Shown: positions 1 through 13,939 of the stretch, piece after piece
Position numbering within the stretch: position 1 is the first letter of the stretch
Layout: every line of letters begins with the position of its first letter
DNA from: Antedon mediterranea
Lineage: Eukaryota; Animalia; Echinodermata
NCBI RefSeq assembly: GCF_964355755.1
Contig: NC_092674.1
Location: 13,826,001-13,890,000, forward strand
Reading direction: 5' to 3'
Length of the DNA stretch: 64,000 bases
The notes under the pieces: generated by a model
The model's input: the letters and a program-made list of their open reading frames with translations, nothing else
What the model was told of the DNA's origin: nothing
Databases searched by the model: none
Made by a program: the position numbers and the translations under genes

Positions 1-78
1 TATATATTAATTAGTCACCATAACATGGACCTTGCCATACGATGATTTAAAATTCAGAGTTTTAGTATTATAGTATTA

Positions 79-650
79 CAGTTGAACCCCCATGAGCGGT
101 CACCTCCCGAAAGCTGCCTCCCTTAACGGCCGTACTTTCGAAAAGCCTGTTTGTTCTTCATCTAATTAGTGGACCTCCTGTAAGCAGCCATCTTACGTGA
201 GCGACCGCGGAAAATTTGGGTACAACACATTAGATTATTTAAGCGGCCACCCAAAAATTCGTATTGACTTTTGACAACAACAAGGCCATATACATTTCTG
301 CAGTTGCGTGCGCAAATTTTAGTTAGTAGTGTTTACCGACCGACCGAAGTATCAAAATACAATTTTCATACTTATTTTTTTCTTTTTATATTAGCTTTAT
401 TTCGAAGCGGTTTTAAAATATTTATGTGAAGAACATTCCTGTGTTTTTTTAGATGAGATGAGAAAACTACACTTTTTGATTTTGACCGACCGGTTTGTCT
501 GAAAATCTTAAATAATACTAAACCACCTGATCATTACAATACAATACAATTAACGAGAGAATATAGAGGCCCGTTGTGTTAAGACAGCCGAAAAATATCG
601 TGCATCGCCATAATACGTGATGTTGGCCCTTTATCGGCAGAACCTCCCGT
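79..650 (+). mobile_element. Decayed Tc1/mariner-pogo-like non-autonomous element (copy at ~28433-28640)
   Basis: TA|CAGTTGAACCCCC start with repeated GAGCGG(T/C)CACC-like motifs; right terminus not recognisable. Confidence 0.35.
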
Positions 651-1559
651 AATCATGCACTTTTCAATTTCATAAAATAAGGTAATTGATCGCAGTTGAT
701 ACCTTAGTGGTTATAAAAGCCCTGGTCTATAGTCTACTTTAGTTAGTTAGTTTAAATTAAACTAAATTTGAACTCATTAAGCCCACATTTTTGTCGCAAA
801 TACTGTAGTAGCAAATCATAGCGTAAAGCAACAGAAGAAAAGATATTTAGGCCTAGCCTAGATGTCATAAGTAAGCCCATTAATTACAATTTTCACGGTT
901 GGTCTCTTCACAAAATAGAGAACCCTGCGTACCCCTCTTGCTATGGGCTTGTACTTCACCTTGACGAGTTCGAGTTACCCACGTTAACGCACACCCTGCA
1001 ACTAACATGAAATACACATACAGTACTCTATGACGCGAAAAAATATGTTTATAGTGTGCTGAACTGTGTCTATTCGGTGTCATACAATATTAAGTGCAAA
1101 TAATAAATAAGTGAAGGATAATATTCTATTATGTTCCGTTTATTCAGTAAAGCCTAAATTTCAATCAGATATGTTACTTTTCACTATGATGACACGATTA
1201 CGAAATCAGCAACAGTTGACCACATACGAATGACAATCGGTTCTTTTTAGTGGGCTGAATTATTAACATTAATTGATCTAAACGACCACCAACTGTCAGT
1301 ACTCAGTTTAATAAACTAAGTCCCACTTGTACAGAGATTTGACATGAAAACGTTTACAGATACAATATCATTTCACTATAAATCTTTGATATCATGTGTA
1401 TATAAACAACACTGGATGTTTTTACAATTGCCATGTCACGGGAATACGGTTGAGTTTCATAGGAAACAAAGTTGTAGAGATTATAAGTTTCTGAAATATA
1501 CTGTAGTGCTGCTGTGTTATCTGAGAAAGTTTATAATCTATATAATCATTATGTTATAG

Positions 1560-2078
1560 GCGTCACTTTACTGATATCGTTTCTCTTTTTAATATTTTCA
1601 ATTCTAATATAATTAATACTGACAATTTATTTAATATTCGTAATCCACAACGTGTTACTCGTAGCTCTTCTTCTGTTGGTACTCTTTCTGATATTCGTCG
1701 CTGCAGAACTGAATCTTCTTTTCAATCACATATCCCACGTGTTACCCGAATTTGGAATAACTTACCCAGTGAAATCCGCAACTTAAATATTTCTGTTAGT
1801 TCTTTTAAAACCAAATTACTTAATTATCTCAATATTTATTTTTTAAATAATTTTGATATTGAAAATGTGTGTAGTTGGTCGCTTTCTTGTAGATGCTTTA
1901 ATTGTAGAACGTAATTTATTTATTTTTCTTATATTTTTCTGTTCTGGTTTGACCAACTACAGTAGCATAGGTGTTTACAGTAGCACCTGTTTGGTCTTTC
2001 CGTGCCTCCTTTTATAATTGTTTTGTCTTCTTTGTTATGTATGTGGCAGAAATTGAATAAATAAACAAATAAATAAAC
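1560..2078 (+). mobile_element. Old CR1/L2-group LINE 3' end (copy ~29590-30066)
   Basis: Remnant IWNNLPSEIR at ~1750-1780, 3'UTR-like sequence and (AATA)n tail at ~2056-2078. Confidence 0.45.
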
Positions 2079-2215
2079 ACAGTATGTATTCAATTATCTT
2101 TTAAATATGTCAACTATAATCTTTCCATCTCTTCTGAAAACTGTTTTCAATATAATTTGTTGTATATGATGTGCCAGCGTGCTACGTTCTAGACATTGGA
2201 ATAGTAAACAACTAA

Positions 2216-3400
2216 TAGTAAAAAAACTTGAAACGAATTGTAAACGTCTGTCCAGCATTAGAGATAATGTTAAAATTCTCTTCTGGAAAGAGGTAATAGA
2301 TGCATGAAGTAATTTTATTTATATTCATTATCCAAAGTCTGTTGACGAGCCATTACGAATACAAATTTGGAATAATGAAGTAATAAGAATAGGCAACGAA
2401 TGTATAAGATATGGAAATGGGGAAAAGCAGGTATTCTGTTTGTTAATGATTTGTTTACCAGCAATGGGCAATTTATGAATAAAAAAGAAGTCGAAGATAC
2501 CTATGGAATCAAGATAAATTATAATAAAATTAAAAGGATTAAGAAGGCTTCTTATGGAAAAATTTAACAATTTAATGATATGTGAAATTTAAAAAAAAAC
2601 AGTTTTGCCAGATATTCCATTTCATATAAAAAGTACTCTTTCAACAAAGAAAGGGATGTCGTATTTTGTATGATTTTTTAAATAACTCAATGGTTAAATC
2701 ATGGAAAGCACAAAAGAAATGGGCAGAGAATAAATTTGTATTCAATAACGAACAATGGAAAACAATCTAGCTCCACATACGTTTACAATGAATATTGTTT
2801 TAATATATTTTCAATATAAAATTGTAAACAGAATAATTGCAAAAAATGAACAATTATTTGAAATGGATATAAAAGAAACTTCAATGTGCTCATTTGGAGA
2901 TGGTAAAATCGAACCCATTCAGCATTTGTTCTGTAATTGTCCAATAGTAAAAAGGATATGGAACCTCCTCCAGGAAAAAATTTCAGAAAAAACTGGAGTG
3001 CAATTTATTTTTAGTAAAGAGAGCAGAATTTTCGGATACCAAGATGCGCACTGCAGTTTTTTTATTTAAAAGCCATTAATGCAATTATTCTAATAGTAAA
3101 ATCATTTATTTATAAATGTAAACTAGTTAAATGTAAGCCAACTATCAAAATGGTTATGAACGAGTTAAAAAGGTTTTATGAAACGGAAAAATGTATTTAC
3201 CATCAGAATCTTGAGGACAGTATTTTAAATAGAAAATGAATAAAATTAGAAGCATTTATAAATCAAATATGAAATTGTTAGAGATTAAAATAATTTTTAT
3301 GAACCTTTATTTAATTTGTTGTTGTTGTTGTTTTTGTTTGATTTTAATTATTTTTTTTTTGTAATGTATTATATGACGAAAAAAAAATAAACAAAACAAA
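2216..3400 (+). mobile_element. 5'-truncated L1/Tx1-clade LINE (C-terminal zf-RVT region), disrupted
   Basis: FQYKIVNRII...CSFG...IQHLFCNC...IW motif in ORF 2755-3069; A-rich tail. 16-bp TSD AATAGTAAACAAC(T/C)AA at 2200-2215 and 3401-3416. Empty site in the paralog at 31041-31056. Confidence 0.9.
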
Positions 3401-3871
3401 AATAGTAAACAACCAAATAAAAGTGACATTGGGTAGACTTGTAAATGGTAGTTGCGAATGAATTGCCGTTTCTTACAAAGGGAGCATACCGCCTCTCGAA
3501 ACTACGTATTTTGGTACCTGGATGTGTATAGCATGGCCCCCGGATGTCGACGCGTGAGCTGGGCCAACTTCTAAATATATTTACTCTATAAATATTTCTT
3601 ACAGAGGGACACCGCCAGATTAAGTGCGTCCTATCACTAGTAAGTAACTTGATTCAGATTTGGGTACTTCTAACTACAGGACAGATATTGACGCGTAAAC
3701 CACAATGAAAATGAGTTTGTCAATTAGTAGACGTTTTACTGTAATAAATATATTTGTTACTAGAAATTAGTTTGATAAAATATATTCTACAAAATTAGTA
3801 GGCCTAATCGATTTCCCCTAATAAATTAAGGGAGTGGGGGTGGACACGTGTTTGTTTATGAGTGAGAATCA

Positions 3872-4081
3872 ATAAGGCATTTAGTTAAAATACAGACCGT
3901 ATTAAACTACTTGACATGTTTCGATAAATATATTCTCATCATCAAAACTGTAATTAAAGCCTAGAGTACTTGTATACGTACAAAGTTGCGTTTAAATGAG
4001 TCAATAATTAGCATGAGAATAGATTTATCGAAACATGTCACGTAATTTTAAGACGGTCCACATTTTCATTAAATGCCTTAT
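3872..4081. mobile_element. Penelope-like inverted terminal-repeat remnant with decayed hammerhead motif
   Basis: ~70-bp imperfect inverted arms (3872-3940 and 4012-4081). Each arm reads ATGAGAATA(G/T)ATTTATCGAAACATGTCA in its sense direction. Confidence 0.55.
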
Positions 4082-6475
4082 GATATTATTGATTATCAAT
4101 CGTAATTTGGTGGTATTATACATGATGTGCCTGTTTATGTACAGTGAAAGAGCTTATTTTGGTATCCTATAGTAATACATTTTCTATATAAGAGAATATG
4201 GTATTTCAAATCAGGTACAAAAGCCGACGATCCAAGCGAATTACATGTTTAACAAAAATCGGAAAACACTCATTTGTTATTTTCAAAACACATTGCAAGT
4301 CGGCGAGGTCCGATGGCATGCGTGACTAGGGGAAGAACGCAACAAAAATGAAAAACGAAAATGGCATGTTGTGTTTTCTGTAGGCCTATACAGTAATTAG
4401 TTTCTCAGAAACCACCATTGACAGTAGCAGAAGTGGGTGTTTATTTCAAGCTCACATAAACGGGCAAAGAAATCCTCGTTATTAAAAAAAAACATTATTT
4501 AAGCTTATTCACTATAGTATATTTAAATTATCTACTTTTTAATTTATTTATATATTGTTTTCTCTTTTTACTTGGTTACTAGATAAAACAAGTTACCGAG
4601 AAACGGAAAACATTCTAGTTAAAATTGTTTATGTTAATTATACCCACAGATTGCACTATTTTCTTTATACTTAATTAGGTACTCTTTTCGTACTGTTGGG
4701 AATTGATAAATATTTCAGTTCAATTATTTTCCTAAAATAGTGGTACACAACAATGAAAGAAAATGTGAAAACAACATTTTTGTTACGTTCTTGTCATTAG
4801 AAATATTCTTGCGACTGAGGTGAACTTCGAAAATGCCGGTCAGATATAAAAAAAAGTTACAAGGAATAAATTAGCAATTGTCAACTGCATACTCATCCAT
4901 CAAACTAGCCTCCATCGAGAAAATATTCAATTCCATGAATTTTATGAGGGTTAGTTTTATAGGAACAATAGTACTTTTTTTATTTGTTTTGGCAATTAAT
5001 GCAATTCGTCATATTCCATTTGGAATACTACGTCCTGTAAAATGACTAGAATGTTCTGATTTGTTAATTTTTAAATTATATTATATAGAATTATATATTA
5101 TTTAAAATGTTCGAGTGGCTTCCATGCATGCGGCTTTTGGCCTTAATGGAATTCCTTTTGTATATTTTTTCTTTTTTTACAGTATAATTTCATTTGTTTA
5201 ACCTACAGGCGTGGCCCGTGAAAAAAAAATATCAAAATATATGTGTCGCCGTCAACGGCAAATATTGGAGCAGAGCAAAAACTACATCAACCGGGAAATC
5301 AACGAAATTAATTTTATACCGCGGACGATTGAAAATCTGCCGATGAAATCAGAAAGGTTGTTTTAAAACCTTTTATAATATCTGCCTAAGAGAGAAATAT
5401 TATTAAATCTACGTTTCGCGGTACATCTGAGATAGATAATGTAGGTATGCAAGGCGGAAATATTTTTCCATTGTGCTCAAAAGTAACCATAATTTAAGTA
5501 TAGATACACTAACATCGTGGAGCACATTTAGCTCGTAGTATCATGTACGTGCACATAGCATCGCATTGGTAAGTCACAAACATATTAGTGAAATGCACAA
5601 CACTGCAGTAGTTATTAATTCATAAAAGGTTATGAAATAATCAAATTAAACAAAGGTCTATCCTTAAACGTACAAAAAAACACCAACAGTTATCTAACAA
5701 CACGTATTCCTTACTTTCGCGCAAACACTGAAAGAACGAATGATTACATATTATGCTTAATTCTGGAATAGGTATGCACAATGTAAAACGCATAGCACCA
5801 ACTCCGTGTCGGTTCTTACACCAGCTGTTCCATGCGTCTAATGTCTTAGAAAAGATAGTATTAGTGTTTTTAATGTCTTATGTCATCGGTAGACATTTAA
5901 CAGTCAGCGGTAAAGTTACTTCCGAGTTCGTCATCACTTTGCGATTTCCAACTTCGCTGTAGTCACAATAAAACCTCTGTACAAAACGCTTGCAGCTGTC
6001 CCACATGTGAACCTGGCATGTACATTTGATATACATTTGAGTCAAGATATTTCATGTTTCTCTCTTTAAACGTCAAAATGAACTAATATATTAATTATAT
6101 TGTAGAATACTATGGTTTGGCTATTTAATATTATTGTGACTTACAAGTAATAAATATTAATTTATAAAGATTAAACAAGTTATTACAAAGTGTGACATCA
6201 GTTGTTACAAAACCTTGGTTAAACTGACTTTCCAATGTCAAGATTAACATTGACGAGGCAGCGGTGTTCCGAACCATGTGAGGGATACAACCGTGCGCAG
6301 TACTCGACAATTAATTAGTCATCCTCGCAACAAAGATGATCTGTAAAATGACCCGCGATTTGGTTGCTTCATTTAGGTATGTTATTACTGGCACGCCCTT
6401 TAAATTGTAAAATTAAACACTTTTTAAATCACATTGAATTATATAGCACATGTTATTTATGTGTGTAACACTTAC

Positions 6476-6574
6476 TTTGTCCTGAAGATCCAAATTAGCA
6501 CCTTCCTTGAGCAAAATAGAGCAAACATCTATGTGGCCGTTTTGTGCTGCCACATGCAAAGGTGACGCTCCAAC
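6476..6574 (-). CDS. Ankyrin-repeat exon E1 (one 33-aa repeat)
   Basis: TTTCAG| 99 nt |GTAAGT, phase 0/0; VGASPLHVAAQNGHIDVCSILLKEGANLDLQDK. Confidence 0.9.
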
Positions 6575-7338
6575 CTGAAATATTACAAACATAATTATGT
6601 TATAGTATTTTCTCTCTAAACAAAGTATTATAATATTGTCCTGAAATCATTACGATGTGATCAATTAAAAATTATGTTATAGATTTAAATAATGCTACAT
6701 TGTTAACCCTTTTCTTTAAGATAATGTACGTATACATTTGTCTTTCTTGTATAACGTTTTTTTATAGTGCTTTATAAATGTATAAACAGATAGGCATAAA
6801 TGTTTGTTTTTTTTTTCTGAAAACTAAATACTTCATCCGGTAGTGGTAACTAGTATGAGTTTTAATTATGATAAAGTGGCTTTTGAACTGGCAGCTACGA
6901 CTAAAAATATATCTAGGCTCCAAATTCTGCTCAAGTAACACATTTTGAATGCTAAATTCTTACTATTGGTTTTATTTTACCGTTACTTAGAGGGGATATG
7001 TATTTTTTTAATGTTTTATGAAATGAAAATCTTGATTCATATCCATTTATTGTATCATTTTGCATAAAATACAATGTTGCTCTACAGCACAACACAATGC
7101 AAAAACAGAAAACTGAAAAAACCACGACATATCATTCTCTAACATTCAGTGCCCTAAAGACATATGGAAACAATGATTACGGAATCTATTACGAGAGGTG
7201 ATGGACCTTTTTTTTAACGTCAAAATAGTGCATTGGATAGGTTAGGTCTTGCAAAATTGAATGTGTTTCCTCAGTAAAGTATCTTATAAAAAGAATCGAA
7301 ATGAGATTTGCTTAATTATAAGTACTGTAGTCCTATAC

Positions 7339-7515
7339 ATTTTTTTTCTCACATTATTGATTGTCTCCATCCCCGAAACCTCGACTAAGAAATACCGGAA
7401 TGGTGTCCGGCGGGGGATAGTTTATTACCATTAGTAAGGTCCTATGTAAAGCACCTAGAGGGGTCAGTGATCCATTAGGCGCTATTTAAATACTGTTTAT
7501 TATTATTATTATTAT
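7339..7515 (+). mobile_element. Short L2-type 3' tail (truncated L2 or L2-dependent SINE)
   Basis: TGTAAAGCACCTAGAG...TAGGCGCTATTTAAAT plus (TAT)n tail. TSD TATAC at 7334-7338 and 7516-7520. Absent from the sister copy at ~18472. Confidence 0.75.
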
Positions 7516-8569
7516 TATACGTGAAGTATAACTAATAATACGTTCCAGCCAATTCCTACATGTGGTACAGGTAAACTATAAAATAAAGAATAATGAGAAT
7601 ACTTTCAATGACAGATTTATCTGAAAAAAGGCCTAGAAATCAGATAGGGGAAGTGGAATGTTACAGGTAGTCAATATAGCCATTATATCTTATTAATCCT
7701 TTCTGATCACTCTTAAGCCTGGTTCACACCTAATTGTTTGCACTTCAAGTATTATTATAAATATATTATATAATATATTATAAATAATAATTAATAATAT
7801 AATTATAAATAATATATTATAAATATTATAATAATTATGACCTATCCACGTTCTATCACCATATTAAATAATTTGTCATTGTTTAAAGAAAACATTAATC
7901 ATGATGTTTTTAAAGTGTAATAAGTGCTACTAAGCGCCTTTGATGTTTACATTGGTAGTTAATTACTGCAATACAAATACCTACTTATCAATATAAGTAT
8001 ATGCAAGTTACTTTTTGGTAACTTAAAATTAATTGTCATAAACAGGTTGTTTTAACATTTAAAAATGATACTGGTATGTACTTTTGTGTCTAATTTATCC
8101 AAAACAATATTATTTAAATTATAAACTTTTAATATTAAATCATTGGACAGTTTGTGTGATATGTGTAATGTACTTGCTAATTTAAAAAAAAAGTATGAAA
8201 GCAAACATAACAACAATGATTACTAGTTTCCCGAATAATTGTTGAATTAAACTAAAATTTGAACTCAACCATCACCGTGATGATATCGGGATATCCGCGT
8301 TAACGCACACAGTGTAACAAACATCTTGAAATACACTCATACTCTATAAACTGAAAACATGTATAGTGCTGAATTATGTCTATTATGTGTCATACAGTAC
8401 TAAGTGCGAATAACCAATAAAGTACACAGCAAAATTTGAAATTCTAAGCAAGAAAAAAAAATCTTGTTTTAAGAAAAAATTCTTAAAATAAGTATTTTTT
8501 TTCTTGTCAAGATTTAAAATTACTTAAAACAAGAAATAATTTTCTAGAAAAGACACATTTTCTTAAATT

Positions 8570-10490
8570 AAGTTTTGCAATATTCTTGAAAATGCTTATT
8601 ACAAGAAATATTTTACTTAAAATAAGAAGTCAATATCATTCTCTTCTTATTAAGAATAGTTTTGCTTAAAACAAGATTTGAAAATACTTAATTTGAAAAG
8701 TATTTTACTTAAAATAAGAAATCTATATTATATTTATCCCTATCAAGAATAATTTTTCTTAAATCAAGATTGATGAATTATAAAAATTACTTAAAACAAT
8801 CAATATTTTTCTAGGTAAGACAAAGTTTCTTAAATTAGGTTTCGCAATAGTCTTGAAAATACTTGTTTTGAGAAATATTTTACTTAAAATAAGAAGTCAA
8901 TTTCACACTACCCTTATCAAGATTATTTTTACTTGAATCAAGATTCGCAATATTCTTGAAAATGCTTATTACAAGAAATATTTTACTTAAAATAAGAAGT
9001 CAATATCATTCTCTTCTTATTAAGAATAGTTTTGCTTAAAACAAGATTTGAAAATACTTAATTTGAAAAGTATTTTACTTAAAATAAGAAATCAATATTA
9101 TATTTATCCCTATCAAGAATAATTTTTCTTAAATTAAGATTGATGAATTCTAAAAATTACTTAAAACAATAAATATTTTTCTAGGTAAGACAAAGTTTCT
9201 TAAATTAGGTTTCGCAATATTCTTAAAAATACTTATTTTGAGAAATGTTTTACTTAAAATAAGAAGTCAATATCATACTATCTTATCAAGACTATTTTTG
9301 CTTAAATTGAGATTCGCAATATTTTTAAAAATACTTATTTTGAGAAATGTTTTACTTAAAATAAGAAGTCAATATCATACTATCTTATCAAGACTATTTT
9401 TACTTGAATCAAGATTCGCAATATTCTTAAAAATACTTATTTCGAGAAATGTTTTACTTAAAATAAGAAGTCAATATCATACTATCTTATCAAGACTATT
9501 TTTGCTTAAATTGAGATTCGCAATATTTTAAAAAATACTTATTTTGAAAAATGTTTTACTTAAAATAAGAAGTCAATATCATACTATCCTATCAAGACTA
9601 TTTTTGCTTGAATTCAGATTCGCAATATTCTGATTTTGAGAAATGTTTTACTTAAAATAAGAAGTCAATATCATACTATCTTATCAAGACTATTTTTACT
9701 TGAATCAAGATTCGCAATATTCTTTAAAATACTTATTTTGAGAAATGTTTTACTTAAAATAAGAAGTCAATATCATACTATCTTATCAAGACTATTTTTG
9801 CTTAAATTGAGATTCGCAATATTTTTAAAAATACTTATTTTGAGAAATGTTTTACTTAAAATAAGAAGTCAATATCATACTATCTTATCAAGACTATTTT
9901 TACTTGAATCAAGATTCGCAATATTCTTAAAAATACTTATTTCGAGAAATGTTTTACTTAAAATAAGAAGTCAATATCATACTATCTTATCAAGACTATT
10001 TTTGCTTAAATTGAGATTCGCAATATTTTAAAAAATACTTATTTTGAAAAATGTTTTACTTAAAATAAGAAGTCAATATCATACTATCCTATCAAGACTA
10101 TTTTTGCTTGAATTCAGATTCGCAATATTCTGATTTTGAGAAATGTTTTACTTAAAATAAGAAGTCAATATCATACTATCTTATCAAGACTATTTTTACT
10201 TGAATCAAGATTCGCAATATTCTTTAAAATACTTATTTTGAGAAATGTTTTACTTAAAATAAGAAGTCAATATCATACTATCTTATCAAGACTATTTTTG
10301 CTTAAATTGAGATTCGCAATATTTTTAAAAATACTTATTTTGAGAAATGTTTTACTTAAGATAAGAAGTCAATATCATACTATATCCTATCAAGACTATT
10401 TTTGCTTGAATTGAAGTCAATTCTATTTTAATATTCTTAAAAATACTTATTTTGAGAAATGTTTTACTTAAAATAGATTGTCAATATCCT
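8570..10490. repeat. Left subterminal array: 370-bp duplication, then 102-bp monomers with a 500-bp higher-order repeat
   Basis: Identical blocks at 8581 and 8951. Monomer spacing 102,102,102,92,102; the same variant pattern recurs at 9241, 9741 and 10241. Confidence 0.95.
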
Positions 10491-10921
10491 TATATTCACA
10501 CAACGGTAGAGCAGTTAGCACTTCAGTTTCAACTGAAAGAATCTGGGTAATCAAACTGTTTGTGCTTTGAATAATCGATTGCACTGCAACCACCTAGGCC
10601 TAAAGAAAATAATATTGATTTAATATTTTTTATATTCAAGTTTTAATATGTTTAAAAACTAAGTTGTGCTTTAGTTGGGGAGCTATGCAGCCTAACAAAA
10701 AAAATGTTATTTGTAACAATGAAATTGGTCACAAAAAAATGCAACATAAACTTAGAGTGTATAATGCCTAGGCCTAGGCCTAGTACCCAAGTCCTATAGT
10801 TACTATAGCTAATAGTCCTGTATATAACAGTACCAGCAAGGCCTAGGAAATAGACGTATTTCTCTAATAAAAAATAGTTTAAAATGCATAATTGTTGTAA
10901 TTTTAAAGCAAAATGGCTTAC

Positions 10922-11460
10922 CTGTGGAATCTTGTTTCTCTCCTTTAATTTTAGTAGAAAGAAATCAGCATTTTTTATACTATTATCTGCTTGTTCATCC
11001 TCTAGTTAGTAGGCCTTCTTGCTGAGCATCAACAAGATAATTAATATTATTTCAATCATTAACAGTATAACAATACTAGAATTATCACTACTACTATCGT
11101 CAGTTGATAAATCATCCCCGTTATAATAGTTTTTTTCTTCATTAACTTCGTCAGTCTCCTAGTCTAGGCCTAGTTCTACTTCATCCTCAATTGGCATCCT
11201 CGTTTTCTCCAGGCATACTTATTACTGATGTTTCCATCGTCAACTGCAGGAGGTTGCCGATTGTTATACTCGTCCTTAAAATGGCGTCTTATGACATGCT
11301 TGTAAAACGAATTGTAAATTCCAAAGCTTGCCGGGCAGCGAACCACCAATTCCACATGTTACTCGAAAATTCGGAGTATTTCCATGAATTGAATTATAAT
11401 GCCTTAGCAAATAGGGTAGCAAATACTGTACCTACTTCAGTTTACTGGCACAAACTTATC
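10922..11460 (-). pseudogene. EnSpm transposase first-exon remnant (C2H2 zinc-finger N-terminus)
   Basis: Frameshifted minus-strand reading LLRHYNSIHGNTPNFRVTCGIGG/CPASFGIYNSFYKHVIRRH, then an acidic tract and NADFFLLKLKERNKIPQ|GTAAG. No catalytic domain seen. Confidence 0.7.
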
Positions 11461-11812
11461 GCTTTTTTTCGGACTGCAACAAACATGTGTCATTATTATT
11501 GTCTGTCGTATTACTGTTGGTCCAGACGTTTTACAGATTTGCTTTAACCACCATGGAGGTTTATACCTCCATGCTTTAACGTTGAGCAGTATAATGACCT
11601 TATACATTCTGGGTAAAAGGCCAGCGATAAATTTTTGGTTATAGTTGAAAAACAACACTGTGTGTGGTCGATGACCTAGCTCCCGGCGGGATCATGGCCA
11701 ACGGTTTTTTAAAGTAATCATTCAAAATCTAGAGTTTGTAAGTAAAAGACACCTTTCATCGCAATTTATATATTAAATGCTTCAATAGGCCTAGTAAGAT
11801 TAGTCTAATATA

Positions 11813-13939
11813 ATGTCGAAGGAAGACGCTTTGTTGAAGATCCGAGAAATAGATGAAGAAGTGGCCAACATTTTAACAGGTTCGTAGGCCTAATAATTAT
11901 ATTTTAATCTGCCAGCAGTCTAGGCCTAGCCTAGGCTCCTTCCTAGTTAGTAATACTGTAGGCCTGGAACTAGTAGGTCTAGGCTAGCCTACTATGCCTG
12001 TACTGACGGACAGGTGTATAGGTTTAGCTTAGCATTTTAGTTCAGACATTGACAGAGGGGACAAATATTGTCGGACCTATTTCAGCTAGGTATAAGGAAG
12101 GCCTAATAATAGATAATACAATTATAATGTAACAGTTATTTTGTAATGTAGCCATGAAATATCTACGAAGGATTATACTGTATTATATACACATATTCCA
12201 ATGAGAAATATAATGACATTTAAAAACACTTCTTTATATTTAATTAATTGTACACACTAAGTAATCCCCGAAGTGATCACATCGATATTGAAACTTTATG
12301 TTTTTAACTCTAAATTTAAAAAAAACATACTAAAAAAACAAACAAAAAACATACGTACTGCATAACTAAAATTGTTATATTAAATTTCTTTTTAAAAAAC
12401 TGTGTTATTTACAATATCTTAAATTATTTGTTAGGTAATTGAAGAAGTTCGAAGGATACTAATTATTACTAGGCAAAGAGGAATGAAATACAAAAGAAAG
12501 CTTTTTAAAAAAGTTCTTAGCAAATTTTTCCAAAGAAGAGAATAATATAGTTTATTTTGGTATTTTAAAGAGAAACACCAGTCCTCCATCTGGTAAGTAC
12601 AGTGTATGTTTTTGTACTTTTATCTATTCATAAATAGTTTTAATTTTATAATGGACCAATGGTAGTGAGGAAAATACGTGTACATATTGTGTACGTATTT
12701 TTAACAGCTTGGTTCGACTCAAGCTAGTGTCATGCACTCCTCCCTTTGACAACTAAAATTAAATAAATGACTTATGAATATTAATTTTTGACATATTATT
12801 GCTCTCCTGGCCAGCCCACCCTTTCCCCTTCCTTTTACATTGACCACCTACAAAACTGTAGGCTACATTATTTAAAATTTGAGCTACAGTATATCAAGTT
12901 TATGTCCATACATTATTCCACTCATTTAAATAAATTTATATAATATAATGTTTTCAATTTGTTATTTTTGGTTAGGTTCAAAGATAACCCATATGTTGTC
13001 AAATCTGTCAAACATATTTGTTGGGAAAAACTCATCAAAAAAAGTCTGCCGACCTTGAAGGTATTTAGTGTTTTTTAAAATTTAAAATACAAGTAACATT
13101 ATGTACATTAAAAAAAAATATCTTAAAGTGTTTTTTTAAAATCAAATTTATCTTAGCTTAAAATTCGAGGTATATACTATGTTTACAATAATTTATTAAA
13201 ATCAAACAATTAAACAAAATTTACATTTAATTGTATGATTGTTATTATAAACATTGATACGGAATAAAAACATCAATCAGGATTGAGCACCGTTTTGCGT
13301 ATTGTCTTCCTAAATAGTAATATTAAAAATAAATTTAGACCCTAATAATTTAACTAAAAATAATAGATACAGCCAGGCCTGTCTTTGGGATCGGTATAAA
13401 CAGGGCAAAGTTTGTGATTAAAAAGTTCAAATGCATATTCCACCCACCCTTATGTCTTATAATGTAAAATTATTCTTACCACCGTTCTAATATTGCGTCA
13501 TGTTTTTGTGTTTACCGCCCCAGATATAGGACTCTAAAACCACACCGTACCCAATTAGTTGATGATGTTACACATATTTTAAATACAGTAATAACTAAAA
13601 CTATATTAATCTCTTTTCATTTTTAGGAACATGAATAAAGATCCAGAATCCTGGTCTTCACGCCGTTCAGGTAATATGCCGGTATTGCTTTTGGACACAG
13701 AAATGGCCTACATTAAAGTTTAGCAAACAATTCTAACTACAAAGAAAGCAAAATTAGATGAGGCTCTAGTTACTCTCCTCTCCACTTTTTACCTTCTGGA
13801 TTTCGATTATCCAAAATGAAAAGAAGTAGGCCTCACTATCCTTTAACAGTTAGTGATTTGTGATGAAAACACACCTGTACACTTGACAAAGGCTGTTGAA
13901 TCATCATTAGTATACATTAATAAATTTAAAGACACCTAA
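11813..13939 (+). pseudogene. Spliced accessory gene of the EnSpm element (SAMD3-like C-terminus), disrupted
   Basis: Exon 11813-11879 MSKEDALLKIREIDEEVANILT|GT; exon-like AG..GT blocks at ~12435-12591 and ~12976-13060. Last block 13676-13939 reads EALVTLLSTFYLLDFDYPK*KEVGLTIL*Q with three in-frame stops. Confidence 0.6.

Larger units (their letters stand above)
1..7620. repeat. Segmental duplication (ankyrin intron+exon module); paralog at ~28360-35800
   Basis: Colinear similarity, e.g. 'gatttaaaattcagagt...tacagttgaacccccatgagcgg' at ~45-100 and ~28398-28453. Duplicated spurious ORFs 1344/29354 and 5753/34232. Both copies lead into an ankyrin exon. Confidence 0.95.

Noticed and set aside
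1344-5962. Short ORFs 1344-1559 and 5753-5962 repeated at 29354 and 34232
   Set aside because: Lie in duplicated intron sequence, differ by frame-disrupting indels or stops, no recognisable domain. The minus strand near 5800-5870 faintly resembles a Crypton fragment but too weakly to call.
7750-7838. AT-only stretch (also 18720-18808)
   Set aside because: Low-complexity sequence copied with the module.
9238-10414. Repetitive 34-aa-period ORFs / CRISPR-like array
   Set aside because: Translations of a 102-bp tandem monomer; no unique spacers, no cas genes, eukaryotic context.
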